From positions 352,001-416,000 of the forward strand of contig OY843751.1 of NCBI GenBank assembly GCA_963693055.1: 64,000 nucleotides of DNA, given 5' to 3'. A model generated the notes under the pieces. That model was given only the letters and a program-made list of their open reading frames with translations, ran no database searches and was not told the DNA's origin. Every line of letters starts with the position of its first letter. Position 1 is the stretch's first letter. The position numbers and the translations under genes are program-made. Shown here one piece after another: positions 50,765-61,015 of this stretch. This stretch comes from a bacterium. GTDB taxonomy: Bacteria; Zhuqueibacterota; Zhuqueibacteria; Residuimicrobiales; Krinioviventaceae.

Positions 50765-52141
50765 GTGCTCATGATCAAACGAAACGCAACTATGTTAGCG
50801 GTGTTTGTCCTTTTTCTTACCAGTGCATTATTTGCACAAGAAACCAAACCCCTGACACTTGAAGAATGTATTGAAATCGCAATACAAAACAACTCGTCTC
50901 TAAAAATCTCAGGATACCAGGTAGAATCCGCAGAGACTTCTGTAACTTCCGCTCGCGCTAACTTTTTACCCAGAATTAACTCCTCTTTCAGTTCCGGAAA
51001 ATATATTCAAGGGGCCAGAGTTACCAAAATGGATGTTCCTACTGGTGAAGTTGATTCTGAAACCGGTGGTGTGATCTATGAAGAAAAATCTGTATTGCAA
51101 GACCGTACCGAACGTAACTCGCACAGTGCGTCAGTATCATTATCCCAGAATATTTTTGACTTTGGTAAGAGTATTAACAACCTGAAAAGCAATAAAGCCG
51201 GCAAGGCTTCTATGGAACATTCGCTCAAAAATACCCGCAATGATGTCATTGCCGGTGTTAAACAGGCCTTTTATGAATTGTTGAAACAATACAGGCTCAA
51301 AGAAGTGTATGAAGAAGCTGTACAAGTTTCAAATGACGAGGTTAACCGCGTTCAAACCATGATGGAAATTGGTCTTGCATCGCAGGCCGAAGTGTATCAG
51401 GCACGGGTGACTTTGAATAACAGTAAAACAACCCTGTTGAACCAGGTCAATAATATTGAATTGGCGAAAGCGGATTTGAACAATGCGTTAGGTAGATTTC
51501 CCAGTACCCCCCTTGAGATTGTGCCAGAAAATGCGGATGCAATTTTCCCTGAATACAGTTTTGAAAAAGCCTCGGATCTTGCCATTGAAAACAATGCATA
51601 TCTAAAAGCATTGGAGCAGGAAGTAAGTGCAAATTCATACAATATTAAATATGCCAAAAGTGCCTATTTCCCAAGCATTGGTGGAAGTGCATCTTACTCT
51701 CGCAGTAATAGCGATTATTCTCGCGTTTATTCAAGTAAACTTGATCAGGACTTTTCTATTACTTTTGGCGTAGGAGTTGACCTAAACATCTTTAATGGTT
51801 TTGCTGACAAGGCATCTGTACAGCGCAATACCATTCAGTATAATATTGCTGTTGAAAACCTTGAAGAAGCCAAGCGTACATTGTTATCCAGTGTAAAACA
51901 ATATTATTTACAACTGAATGCTTATAAAGACATCATTGAGATGAACAAGATGAACATTGAAGCATACGAAGAAAACCTGCGCTTGCAGCAGGAAAAACGT
52001 CGTGTGGGTTCCGGTACCGAATTGGAAGTTACCCAGGCACAGTACGACCTGACCAGCGCGCGGTCTGATTTGATCTCTGCTGAATTTGAGGCCAAGACCG
52101 TTATTGCACAGCTTGAAGCAGCTTTGGGAATTATAGAATAA
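50765..52141 (+). CDS. TolC-family outer-membrane protein
   Basis: LTLEECIEIAIQNN; ARANFLP; SQNIFDFG; LNIFNGF; RVGSGTELEV. Confidence 0.92.
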   Translation: MLMIKRNATMLAVFVLFLTSALFAQETKPLTLEECIEIAIQNNSSLKISGYQVESAETSVTSARANFLPRINSSFSSGKYIQGARVTKMDVPTGEVDSETGGVIYEEKSVLQDRTERNSHSASVSLSQNIFDFGKSINNLKSNKAGKASMEHSLKNTRNDVIAGVKQAFYELLKQYRLKEVYEEAVQVSNDEVNRVQTMMEIGLASQAEVYQARVTLNNSKTTLLNQVNNIELAKADLNNALGRFPSTPLEIVPENADAIFPEYSFEKASDLAIENNAYLKALEQEVSANSYNIKYAKSAYFPSIGGSASYSRSNSDYSRVYSSKLDQDFSITFGVGVDLNIFNGFADKASVQRNTIQYNIAVENLEEAKRTLLSSVKQYYLQLNAYKDIIEMNKMNIEAYEENLRLQQEKRRVGSGTELEVTQAQYDLTSARSDLISAEFEAKTVIAQLEAALGIIE

Positions 52142-52382
52142 TTATTAAATTATAGTAAGGCCGTTATCCTCCTGCAGCACCATCCTTAATGGCTTTACAT
52201 TGTGTGATGGATCCATTTGGCAGCAGTTATCTAGTACATTTGCTGTAACCGGGTTCTCATTTTTGAAATATTTTACTATTACGTATAGATCTGTTTTTTT
52301 CAAGTTTTCCCTCTTGGAATTGAGTGGGACTATCCTGTTGATTGCAGAGTAAGAGGAATTAACCAAAATTTGGGAGTCGTTC

Positions 52383-53606
52383 ATGTCAAAGAAATGGAAA
52401 ATCGTTCTGGCAATCCTTCTTTTAGTGCTAGTTGGATTTATGATGTTTTTCATATTGAATAAAAAGCGGGGGAAATCATTAGATGTAACCACAGTCACCG
52501 TTCAGCGTGGCGATATTACCAAAACTGTATCTGGTTCCGGATTTATTCAGCCGGAGGTGGATGTGCAAATTTCAGCGCGTATTTCCGCTGAAATTATAAG
52601 AATTCATGTAGAAGAAGGTGACACGGTAAGAAAAGGACAGTTGCTGGTTGAACTTGATCGTGAACGATATCTTGCCCAGGTTGAACAGGCAGAATCCGGA
52701 GTTTTATCTGCAAAAGCCTCTCTAAAAAAAACAGAGGCAGATTATAACCGAATTAAAGATTTGTATGACCAAAAGCTGACTTCCAAGTCTGAACTCGATG
52801 CTGCTGAAGCCAGTATGCTGTTGGCCCAAAGTGATGTAAAAATTAGTTCAGCCTCATTAAAACAATCTCAAGATTATCTTGCCAAAACCAGTTTGCTGGC
52901 TCCCATGAATGGTGTTGTAACCAAGCTCTATAAAGAAGAAGGTGAAATTGCGGTAGGTTCAGAGTTTAATGCTGACCCGGTAATTACAGTTTCGGACTTG
53001 AGCAAGATGGAAGTGTTGGCGGAAATTGATGAAAATGATGTGGTAATGTTGGAATTGCATGATGAAACGAAAATTGAAATTGATGCAATTCCCGATACTC
53101 TGTTTAAAGGTAAAGTGTCTGAAATTGCTCATGAAGCTACCACAAGAGGGCGCGGAACTCAGGAACAGGTAACAAACTTTGAAGTAAAGATTGCGGTTAC
53201 AGATCAGGTTGATAAACTCAGACCCGGTATGACAGCAACTGTTGATATAAGCACCGATACGCATAAAGATGTGTTATTTATCCCCATTCAGTGTGTTACA
53301 ATGAAAAATGTGCCCAATGATACAACAAAATCTGATGAAAATGGTTCTGGAGATAAAAAGAAAATAGACAAAGACGATGGCGAAATGCAGGAAGCTGTTT
53401 TTGTTGTTAAAGATGATAAAGTTGAAATCGTCGGTGTGGAAACCGGAATCAGTGATGATACCTATATCGAGATCCTGTCCGGCCTTGATGAAGGTTTGAC
53501 TGTGGTTTCTGGCAGTTATAAAGCTATTTCGCAAGAGCTTAAAGATGGCAGTTTGGTTAACACAAAACCTGACAAAAGCTTTAAAGTCGAAGAAAAATCA
53601 GAATAA
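52383..53606 (+). CDS. Periplasmic adaptor (MacA/YknX-like MFP)
   Basis: N-terminal anchor; VEEGDTVRKGQLL; APMNGVV; LRPGMTA; VETGISD. Confidence 0.92.
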   Translation: MSKKWKIVLAILLLVLVGFMMFFILNKKRGKSLDVTTVTVQRGDITKTVSGSGFIQPEVDVQISARISAEIIRIHVEEGDTVRKGQLLVELDRERYLAQVEQAESGVLSAKASLKKTEADYNRIKDLYDQKLTSKSELDAAEASMLLAQSDVKISSASLKQSQDYLAKTSLLAPMNGVVTKLYKEEGEIAVGSEFNADPVITVSDLSKMEVLAEIDENDVVMLELHDETKIEIDAIPDTLFKGKVSEIAHEATTRGRGTQEQVTNFEVKIAVTDQVDKLRPGMTATVDISTDTHKDVLFIPIQCVTMKNVPNDTTKSDENGSGDKKKIDKDDGEMQEAVFVVKDDKVEIVGVETGISDDTYIEILSGLDEGLTVVSGSYKAISQELKDGSLVNTKPDKSFKVEEKSE

Positions 53607-53621
53607 GAAAGGAAGGGCAGG

Positions 53622-54305
53622 ATGTTAATCAGTCTCGATAAAATTGAAAAAACCTATGAAATTGGTGGAATGGTTCGAGTGCCGGCTCTCAAGAGTGTTA
53701 ATTTAGCAATTGCTCAGAATGAATATGTAGCCATTATGGGCCCTTCCGGTTCTGGGAAATCCACCTTGATGAATATTTTAGGATGTTTAGACACTCCCAC
53801 AAGTGGTGATTATATTTTGAATAACAGCAATGTTAGCGAAATGACAGATGACGAACTAGCAGAGATCCGAAACAGGGAGATTGGGTTTGTTTTCCAGACC
53901 TTTAATCTGCTGCCCCGTGCAAACGCTTTACATAATGTTGAACTACCTCTTATTTATAATGGGACCCCCGCAGCACAGCGTAAAAAATTGGCAGAGCAGG
54001 CATTGTCAAAAGTGGGGCTTGAAGATCGTATGCATCACAAGCCCAACGAGTTGTCTGGTGGACAACGTCAGCGTGTTGCTATTGCCAGAGCATTGGTGAA
54101 CAATCCATCAATCATACTTGCGGATGAGCCAACAGGTAACCTTGACAGCCGTACAGGTGAAGAAATTATGGAAATTTTTGAAGACCTGCACGATGCCGGT
54201 AATACCATTGTGCTTGTAACGCATGAAGAATACATTGCAGAGCATTCTGACCGTATTATCCGCTTGCGTGACGGATTAATTGAACGTGATGAAGCTGTAA
54301 ATTAA
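53622..54305 (+). CDS. ABC ATP-binding protein (MacB/YknY-like)
   Basis: GPSGSGKST; LSGGQRQR; [10 protein letters not shown]. Confidence 0.95.
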   Translation: MLISLDKIEKTYEIGGMVRVPALKSVNLAIAQNEYVAIMGPSGSGKSTLMNILGCLDTPTSGDYILNNSNVSEMTDDELAEIRNREIGFVFQTFNLLPRANALHNVELPLIYNGTPAAQRKKLAEQALSKVGLEDRMHHKPNELSGGQRQRVAIARALVNNPSIILADEPTGNLDSRTGEEIMEIFEDLHDAGNTIVLVTHEEYIAEHSDRIIRLRDGLIERDEAVN

Positions 54306-54315
54306 TAGGCAGATT

Positions 54316-55554
54316 ATGAAAAGATTTTTCCTATACATAGGTGAAGGAGTGAAAATTGCTTTTGAAGCTTTGCGCTCCTATAAACTGCGTTCTGTTCTAA
54401 CAACTATTGGTATCGTTATTGGGGTAACTACAGTTGTTTCTATTGTTGCCTTGATTGAAGGTTTGAATAATTCTTTTGAAGAGCAAATTTCTGCCATTGG
54501 TACGGATACTCTTTTTGTTGCCAAGTATCCCTGGGTCATTCAAAGTAATGCAGAATGGTGGACCTTTCGTAATCGTCCCAATATTCCTGTAGATTTTGCC
54601 AATAGAGTTAAAGAATTGGCAAGCCTTGCCAAGGCAGTGGCTCCAACATTATATACACGACGCACTGTCAAGTTCAAAGATCGTGAAAGTGAAAATGTTC
54701 TCATAATTGGTACCAATCAAGATTACATGTACACTTCTAATGTTTATCCTGAAATTGGCAGGTTCATGTCCGAAACAGATATAAGCCACCGGCGCAAGGT
54801 TTGTGTTTTAGGTTGGGATGTGTATGAAGCTCTGTTCCCCAAAGAATCTCCCATCGGGAAACGGATCAATATAGGGGGGAGAAAATACAAGGTTATTGGT
54901 GTGGCTGAGAAAAAAGGTTCATTCTTTGGCGATAGTATGGATTCGAATGTATTGATACCTGTAGAGAATTTTACATCAGCATTTGGGATGCGCTGGCGAT
55001 CAACGGGGATTGAAGTCAAGGTAAAATCACCGGAATTGATGGCAGAAGCTGAAACCGAATTGATTGGTATTATGCGACGTTTGCGTGGATTAAAAGCAAA
55101 TGAAGACAATAATTTTGACATCAATACACAAAGCATGTTGATGGATACCTATAATAATATCACACGAGTATTGAAAATTGTTGCAGTGGGTGTTGGGTCT
55201 ATCTCTTTACTTGTGGGTGGTATTGGTATTATGAATATTCTACTGGTATCGGTAACTGAACGGACCCGTGAAATTGGCATTCGAAAAGCACTTGGTGCAA
55301 AAAGATTTGATATATTGCTGCAATTTTTGATTGAGTCTATGATGATTTGTGCCCTGGGTGTGCTTATTGGGATTGGCATTGCTGTTGGGGTTGCCAAAAT
55401 AGTATCGGCAGCCACACCATTATCGGCTGCAATTACAATTACAGTTGCTTTTTTGGGTGTAGGCTTTGTCTTTTTTATTGGATTGTTTTTTGGGATTTAC
55501 CCCGCATTCAAAGCTTCAAAGTTGAATCCTATTGAAGCATTGCGTTATGAATAA
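54316..55554 (+). CDS. ABC permease (MacB/YknZ-like)
   Basis: KLRSVLTTIGIVIGV; VGGIGIMNILLVSVTERTREIGIRKALGA; LNPIEALRYE. Confidence 0.95.
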   Translation: MKRFFLYIGEGVKIAFEALRSYKLRSVLTTIGIVIGVTTVVSIVALIEGLNNSFEEQISAIGTDTLFVAKYPWVIQSNAEWWTFRNRPNIPVDFANRVKELASLAKAVAPTLYTRRTVKFKDRESENVLIIGTNQDYMYTSNVYPEIGRFMSETDISHRRKVCVLGWDVYEALFPKESPIGKRINIGGRKYKVIGVAEKKGSFFGDSMDSNVLIPVENFTSAFGMRWRSTGIEVKVKSPELMAEAETELIGIMRRLRGLKANEDNNFDINTQSMLMDTYNNITRVLKIVAVGVGSISLLVGGIGIMNILLVSVTERTREIGIRKALGAKRFDILLQFLIESMMICALGVLIGIGIAVGVAKIVSAATPLSAAITITVAFLGVGFVFFIGLFFGIYPAFKASKLNPIEALRYE

Positions 55555-55557
55555 CAA

Positions 55558-56790
55558 ATGGATCGTATTATGCATTTTGGTGAAAGTTTAAATATATCTG
55601 TTACCGCAATCATGACCAACAAGCTGAGATCGGCATTGACTCTGTTGGGTGTAATTATAGGTGTAATGACCATCATTGCTATGCAGTCTATGATTACAGG
55701 ATTGCGTAACAGTGTCAAGAATCAGGCTACCGTATTAAGCTCTGATGTATTCCAGGTCCAAAAATTCCCACAAGTTGGTGGGGGTGATTGGCACAAATAC
55801 CGTAACCGAAAAGATTTAACTCTTGAAGAAGTTGAGGCCCTTCGTGAGCGCATGACAGCTGCATTGAATATTGGCGCTGAAGTATGGACCTTTGGTCAGG
55901 AAATACGATATAAAGATAAAAAGACCCTGCCCATGATGCCGGTAGCCGGTGCTACTCCCGAGTTTCTTGAGCATAACAGCTATAATATTGAAGAAGGCAG
56001 ATTTATAACCGGTCAGGATGTTGAACGAATCCGAAGAGTCGCTATCATCGGTCAGGATATTAAAGAGCGTCTGTTTCCGTTTCAATATCCCATTGGTCAG
56101 GATATCAAGATACAGGGAGAGCGGTTTGAGGTCATTGGCCTTTTGGAAAAAACAGGAAGTATTTTTGGCGAGACACGAGACAACCGCGTTATTATTCCCA
56201 TTACCCGGTTTCAAAAAGTCTTTGGGAAGGAGCGGTCTTTAAATTTCACTGTTAAAGCCAAAGGCCCTGAAATGTATCAGACAGCAATGGACCAGGCAAT
56301 TGGCATATTACGTACTGTACGCAAAGTCCCACCGGGTGAAGAGAATGATTTTGAGATTCGTACCAACGAACAATTTATGGAATTTTTTGACCAGTTGACC
56401 GGTAGTGTAAAGATAGTTGCTATTGCTATTGCATCTATTTCACTGCTTGTGGCGGGTGTGGGCATTATGAATATTATGTTGGTTTCTGTGACCGAGCGTA
56501 CCAAAGAAATTGGAATACGAAAATCACTGGGCGCAAAAAAACGGGATGTATTGTGGCAGTTTTTAATTGAAGCAGTCATTCTAACAGAGATTGGCGGCAT
56601 AGTCGGAGTACTGGTAGGACTGGGAATAGGCATGATAGTGAGGCTTGCTACGCAAATTCCCGCTGCCGTGCCTGTTTGGACAGTTATCGTAGGATTGGGC
56701 TTTTGTTCAATAGTTGGAATCATTTTTGGGGTGTACCCGGCAACCAAAGCCGCGCGTATGGACCCAATTACAGCTTTAAGATATGAATGA
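55558..56790 (+). CDS. ABC permease (MacB/YknZ-like), second paralogue
   Basis: KLRSALTLLGVIIGV; GIMNIMLVSVTERTKEIGIRK; DPITALRYE. Confidence 0.95.
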   Translation: MDRIMHFGESLNISVTAIMTNKLRSALTLLGVIIGVMTIIAMQSMITGLRNSVKNQATVLSSDVFQVQKFPQVGGGDWHKYRNRKDLTLEEVEALRERMTAALNIGAEVWTFGQEIRYKDKKTLPMMPVAGATPEFLEHNSYNIEEGRFITGQDVERIRRVAIIGQDIKERLFPFQYPIGQDIKIQGERFEVIGLLEKTGSIFGETRDNRVIIPITRFQKVFGKERSLNFTVKAKGPEMYQTAMDQAIGILRTVRKVPPGEENDFEIRTNEQFMEFFDQLTGSVKIVAIAIASISLLVAGVGIMNIMLVSVTERTKEIGIRKSLGAKKRDVLWQFLIEAVILTEIGGIVGVLVGLGIGMIVRLATQIPAAVPVWTVIVGLGFCSIVGIIFGVYPATKAARMDPITALRYE

Positions 56791-56813
56791 TCTTATTAAA
56801 TGTGGAGGCATTT

Positions 56814-57155
56814 ATGAATATCGAAACCCGAATGGAGAAGGATGTCCTTGTCCTCGAGTTGGCAGGAGACCTGATGGCCGGTCATGAGTCTGAGCAACTC
56901 CGCAAGGTTGTTGATCAGTCTTTAAAAGATGAAAAGGTGAACGTTGTTGCAGACATGGGCAAAGTAACCTGGATGAACAGTTCAGGGCTGGGCATGTTGA
57001 TCAGTGCGTTAACAAGCCTCCGGGGCAGCGGTGGAGATTTGAGGTTGGCAAATCTTTCAGAGAAAATTAAACGTCCCATTAAAATAACCAAGCTGGACAA
57101 AGTGTTTCTGGATTTTGAATCGGTAGACCAGGCTATAAATAGTTATTCAGAATAA
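56814..57155 (+). CDS. STAS-domain anti-sigma-factor antagonist
   Basis: DMGKVTWMNSSGLGML phospho-Ser motif; ITKLDKVF. ATG 56814 follows GGAGG. Confidence 0.92.
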   Translation: MNIETRMEKDVLVLELAGDLMAGHESEQLRKVVDQSLKDEKVNVVADMGKVTWMNSSGLGMLISALTSLRGSGGDLRLANLSEKIKRPIKITKLDKVFLDFESVDQAINSYSE

Positions 57156-57206
57156 TCGCAACCCTTATTTTATTCACCAAAGACTGATTTAGTCAAGGAG
57201 AATTGT

Positions 57207-57779
57207 ATGTCTCAATATGATAGAAATACAGTACTGCAGAAGCTCAATAATGGTGAATCCCTGAGTGGTTCTGATTTGTCTGGTGTGGATTTATCATACG
57301 AAACATTAAAAGGGGTGGATCTGTCGCAATGTAATTTAGAAAAAGCACATTTGCAAAATGCCAATCTTGAAGGCGCAAATCTGAGCGGTTCAACATTAAA
57401 TGAAGCGTTTATGTTTGGTTGCAATTTGTTTAAAGCAAATCTGGATGGTGCGGTTTTGGATGAATCCAATATGCAGGACAGTAACCTGGATTCGGTTAGC
57501 GCCAAGGGAGCCAGTTTTTATCATGTTGCATTACTTGGCTCTAGTATTGAAAACGCGGATTTTAGCAATGCAAGTTTGTCGAAATCCCGTATGAAACGGG
57601 CCAGTTTGAAAAATAGCAAGTTTAACAATGCTAATCTTGAACAGGCTCAGCTTGTGAGGAGCGACTTGTCTGGTGCAACTTTTGTGAATGCTGTTTTAAA
57701 AGATGTTACTATGACCAACGCAATTGTTGAAAATACGGATTTTACCGGGGCAGATACCAGCGGGGCTTCTGGAATTTAA
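57207..57779 (+). CDS. Pentapeptide repeat protein
   Basis: Tandem A(N/D)Lxx pentapeptides over most of the 190 aa. Confidence 0.93.
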   Translation: MSQYDRNTVLQKLNNGESLSGSDLSGVDLSYETLKGVDLSQCNLEKAHLQNANLEGANLSGSTLNEAFMFGCNLFKANLDGAVLDESNMQDSNLDSVSAKGASFYHVALLGSSIENADFSNASLSKSRMKRASLKNSKFNNANLEQAQLVRSDLSGATFVNAVLKDVTMTNAIVENTDFTGADTSGASGI

Positions 57780-57801
57780 TTTTAAAATTATATAGATTTT
57801 C

Positions 57802-57836
57802 AAAAGGGCCGTTTATTTAAATGGCCCTTTTTTTTA
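57802..57836 (+). terminator. Intrinsic terminator
   Basis: AAAAGGGCCGTTTA-TT-TAAATGGCCCTTTT followed by a T-run. Confidence 0.85.
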
Positions 57837-57910
57837 TTAATAGAAATATATTGATTCTGTCACCACTTCTTTGTATTTTTGTTTTGATTTATATTTTGCA
57901 GGAGAGAAAA

Positions 57911-58888
57911 TTGCCGGAACAATCTCGTTTTGATCAGTTAAAGACAAGAGTGGTTGAACATTTACAAACATTTCTTGATAAAAAAGAACCCGTGTTATTA
58001 TATGAGCCTATTACCTATACCATGTCTGCAGGTGGTAAACGGTTACGTCCGGTAATGACTTGTATTGCATGTGAGGCTGTAGGTGGAACCGTTGATGACG
58101 CTCTTGATGCAGCGGTAGCCCTCGAGTTTTTGCATAATTTTACACTTATCCATGATGATATTATGGACGATGATGATATGCGCAGGGGGCGTGAGACAGT
58201 TCATAAGAAATGGGATGAAAATGTTGCCATTCTATCGGGTGATGCTTTGCTGGTTATTGCGTATCAGGCAATTTCACAATGTGCTCCTGAAAAGCTACCT
58301 GTTGTGATCGATTATTTTTCAAACGGTATACTCAAGGTATGTGAAGGACAAACCTATGATAAAGAGTTTGAAACACGTGAATCGGTTACGTTGAACGAAT
58401 ATTTTGACATGATTGATAAAAAGACAGCAGAGCTTTTTGCCGTTTCATGCGCTATAGGTGCAACACTGGGTAATGGTTCTGATGAGCAGGTTGCGGCTTT
58501 GAGGTTATATGGTATGAAGCTGGGGCGTGCTTTTCAGATACAGGATGATCTGTTGGATGTAACCGCAGATCAGGATGTGTTGGGTAAAGATATTGGCAGT
58601 GATATTGAAGAAAATAAAAAGACGTTTCTGGTTTCACATGCCCTGGAACATGCGGTGCATAAAGATAAAGAGAAATTGAAACTATTGTTGCAAAAAGGTA
58701 AAATTACCAGCCAGGATGTATCTGATGTGATTGATGTTTTTGAACATGCGGGTACAATTCAAGCGGCCCGGAACATAATTTCCGAATGTATTAAAGATGC
58801 CCGAACCGCTTTACAATCGTTTAACGAGAGTGATGCAAAAAATCAGTTGTTGCTTTTACTTGAAATGATTGAAAAACGCAATTCCTGA
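57911..58888 (+). CDS. Polyprenyl diphosphate synthase (IspA/CrtE-like)
   Basis: GGKRLRP; FARM LIHDDIMDDDDMRRG; KKTA; SARM FQIQDDLLD. Probable TTG start at 57911 after AGGAG, because the ORF-track start lies inside the terminator. Confidence 0.93.
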   Translation: MPEQSRFDQLKTRVVEHLQTFLDKKEPVLLYEPITYTMSAGGKRLRPVMTCIACEAVGGTVDDALDAAVALEFLHNFTLIHDDIMDDDDMRRGRETVHKKWDENVAILSGDALLVIAYQAISQCAPEKLPVVIDYFSNGILKVCEGQTYDKEFETRESVTLNEYFDMIDKKTAELFAVSCAIGATLGNGSDEQVAALRLYGMKLGRAFQIQDDLLDVTADQDVLGKDIGSDIEENKKTFLVSHALEHAVHKDKEKLKLLLQKGKITSQDVSDVIDVFEHAGTIQAARNIISECIKDARTALQSFNESDAKNQLLLLLEMIEKRNS

Positions 58889-58896
58889 TTTTTAGT

Positions 58897-59388
58897 TTAT
58901 TCAGCTTTATTATAGACAAGCGTTTGTTCCCGATCACCTCGGGGTGTTGTAGATTTTGCTTCAATAGTAAGTACTTTACCGTCTTTATCAAGTGACCATT
59001 TTTCTTCGCTATTGAGTTCAAAGTCGTTTCCGTTAAAATTCATAGCGATTATGGAAGTAATAATAAGCGTGTTTTTATCTGAAGAAAAGGTTACAGTTGA
59101 TTCCTTGTCGCCTCTGAACCATACATTTGTGCATTTTTTGCCATCCAGGGTCAGGGTTTCGGTCATTTTTCTTTCTTCACCATCCCTGCCTGTAGAAACG
59201 CGTTCAATTTCCAGCTTTGCACCGTGATCAACGGTTAGTGTTGTTGCGGCCATTCCGCCTCTTCGTCCTTCACCCAAATCACTCTTGTCCTTGTCCAGAG
59301 TCCAGGTGCCGGTAAAGTTGGGTTGTGCAAAAACAGATACAGTCAATGCAACTGTAAAAACCAAAATAGCTTTTAATGTGTTGTTCAT
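58897..59388 (-). CDS. Secreted lipocalin/FABP-like beta-barrel hypothetical protein
   Basis: Signal peptide, then NFTGTWTLDKDKSD (GxW motif); AAGGAG SD. Confidence 0.65.
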   Translation of the reverse strand: MNNTLKAILVFTVALTVSVFAQPNFTGTWTLDKDKSDLGEGRRGGMAATTLTVDHGAKLEIERVSTGRDGEERKMTETLTLDGKKCTNVWFRGDKESTVTFSSDKNTLIITSIIAMNFNGNDFELNSEEKWSLDKDGKVLTIEAKSTTPRGDREQTLVYNKAE

Positions 59389-59417
59389 TGTTATCTCCTT
59401 TTGAATGATATATGAAT

Positions 59418-59443
59418 AACGTCTTGATTTTGGATTTGTTCTA
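59418..59443 (-). promoter_or_regulatory. Candidate ECF-sigma promoter (imperfect)
   Basis: Minus strand reads TAGAAC-N16-CGTT about 30 bp upstream of the 59388 start. Confidence 0.4.
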
Positions 59444-59501
59444 AAATTTTATGTTTTAGTTAATGACGAGTTAATTTTGTATATTTAAATTTTGGGAAAA
59501 T

Positions 59502-60644
59502 ATGAAGCATATAATTATTTATATATACCCGCTTTTTATGAACCTGATTGTTGGTGTATTAATGTTTGTTGGACCTATGCGGGCATCAGAACAAGGTGCC
59601 AGTCTTACGGCTATATCATTAATGTTGACCAATTATGGTGTGGGTTATATTATCTTCTCTTTGCTCATGGGTCGTGTTGTTAAAGATCATTTGGCAAAGA
59701 TTCAGGTAATGGTTTCCGCATTTGCTGTGGCAGCCATGTGTTATATACTGGGGTTTGTTGATCAGGTTGTTTGGGTAATAGTGGTTTATACGTTCATTCC
59801 TTTATGGACTTCTCTTTTTTTTAACGCTTTCCAGTCTTATATGAAGCATGTACAGATCCAAAATGAAAAGCCCTTGGCATCTTCTATATCTTCATATGTT
59901 GCAGCATTGGCAATTGGTTTTGCTACCGGTTCCATGTTGAGTGGTACCATTCGGGAGTATATGTCATGGAATGCAGCATATTTTGCCGCCGGTGTAATTG
60001 CGTTAGCTATATCTGGAATGGTGTTGTTCATACGTCCGGAAAACACCGGAAATACTGTACAATCGAATTCTACAGTTGTGCCCAATAGACCAATTTTAAC
60101 CTTTGCAGGATGGAGCAGCTCGTTTACCGGTATTGTGATTGTGTCTCTTTTCCTGACTATATTTCCCAAGCAATCAGAGTTGCTACAATTCTCGTCCTTT
60201 GAAAAAGGGCTTGTTATTTTTATTTATAATATCATGCAGGCTATAGCTGTACAGTTTTTGGCTAAAAGATATACCTGGCTATATGATTATAAAAAAGCAC
60301 CCCTGGCTGGTTTGTTGGGTATTTTCTGCCTTTTACTTTTTTATTCCGCAAACAATATTTACACAATGTGTTTGGGAGCAGTGATTTTGGGCCTTTTTGC
60401 AACCTTTGCCTTTTTTACGGCAATATTGCACAGTATGGCTGACCATGAGCATTCTGTCCGAAATATTGCCATCAACGAAACTGCTGTAGGTATTGGTTTT
60501 CTTGTAGGTCCCCAGTTTATATATTTTACATTGGGTTTTGGCGATTTTAGGGCTGCATTCCTTAGTGTTGCTCTGGGTATTGTTGTTTTGATGGTTTTTC
60601 AATATGTTTATATACGTAATAAAACACTAAAATTTAATGGTTGA
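59502..60644 (+). CDS. MFS transporter
   Basis: About 12 hydrophobic segments in 380 aa; GxGY...LMGRV loop resembling MFS motif A. Confidence 0.8.
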   Translation: MKHIIIYIYPLFMNLIVGVLMFVGPMRASEQGASLTAISLMLTNYGVGYIIFSLLMGRVVKDHLAKIQVMVSAFAVAAMCYILGFVDQVVWVIVVYTFIPLWTSLFFNAFQSYMKHVQIQNEKPLASSISSYVAALAIGFATGSMLSGTIREYMSWNAAYFAAGVIALAISGMVLFIRPENTGNTVQSNSTVVPNRPILTFAGWSSSFTGIVIVSLFLTIFPKQSELLQFSSFEKGLVIFIYNIMQAIAVQFLAKRYTWLYDYKKAPLAGLLGIFCLLLFYSANNIYTMCLGAVILGLFATFAFFTAILHSMADHEHSVRNIAINETAVGIGFLVGPQFIYFTLGFGDFRAAFLSVALGIVVLMVFQYVYIRNKTLKFNG

Positions 60645-60650
60645 TTGCTT

Positions 60651-60866
60651 ATGCGTCGTATTTTATTTTTTGCTTTTTTAGTTATGCTCGCTTATTTTAT
60701 TTTTTCGAAATTATGGGGACTTTTAATCTCCGGCAAGATCTTTGATGAAGGGGCACTCAAGGAGGCTTTTCGGGAATCGGGGCAAACCGTATGGTGGTTT
60801 ATGAAAACGTTTGTTGTTGTATGGCTGCTATATCTTGTCTTTGTATATTTCGCGAGGAACCATTAG
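60651..60866 (+). CDS. Small two-TM hypothetical membrane protein
   Basis: Two hydrophobic segments; directly follows the MFS gene. Confidence 0.55.
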   Translation: MRRILFFAFLVMLAYFIFSKLWGLLISGKIFDEGALKEAFRESGQTVWWFMKTFVVVWLLYLVFVYFARNH

Positions 60867-61015
60867 ATTTATAATTGATTGTGTAAAGAAAAACCGCAAG
60901 TTATAAACAGCTTAATCCAGGTTCCCGATTTTGTCACCAGTTAGTTGATATGTATAAGGATTGGGACAACTTTTAAAAATTCTTGTAAAGATTAGGGTCC
61001 GTTAACTACCGAATA

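Noticed and set aside
57821-57910. N-terminal hydrophobic extension of the polyprenyl synthase
   Set aside because: It starts inside the upstream terminator hairpin. AGGAG plus TTG at 57911 is the better start.
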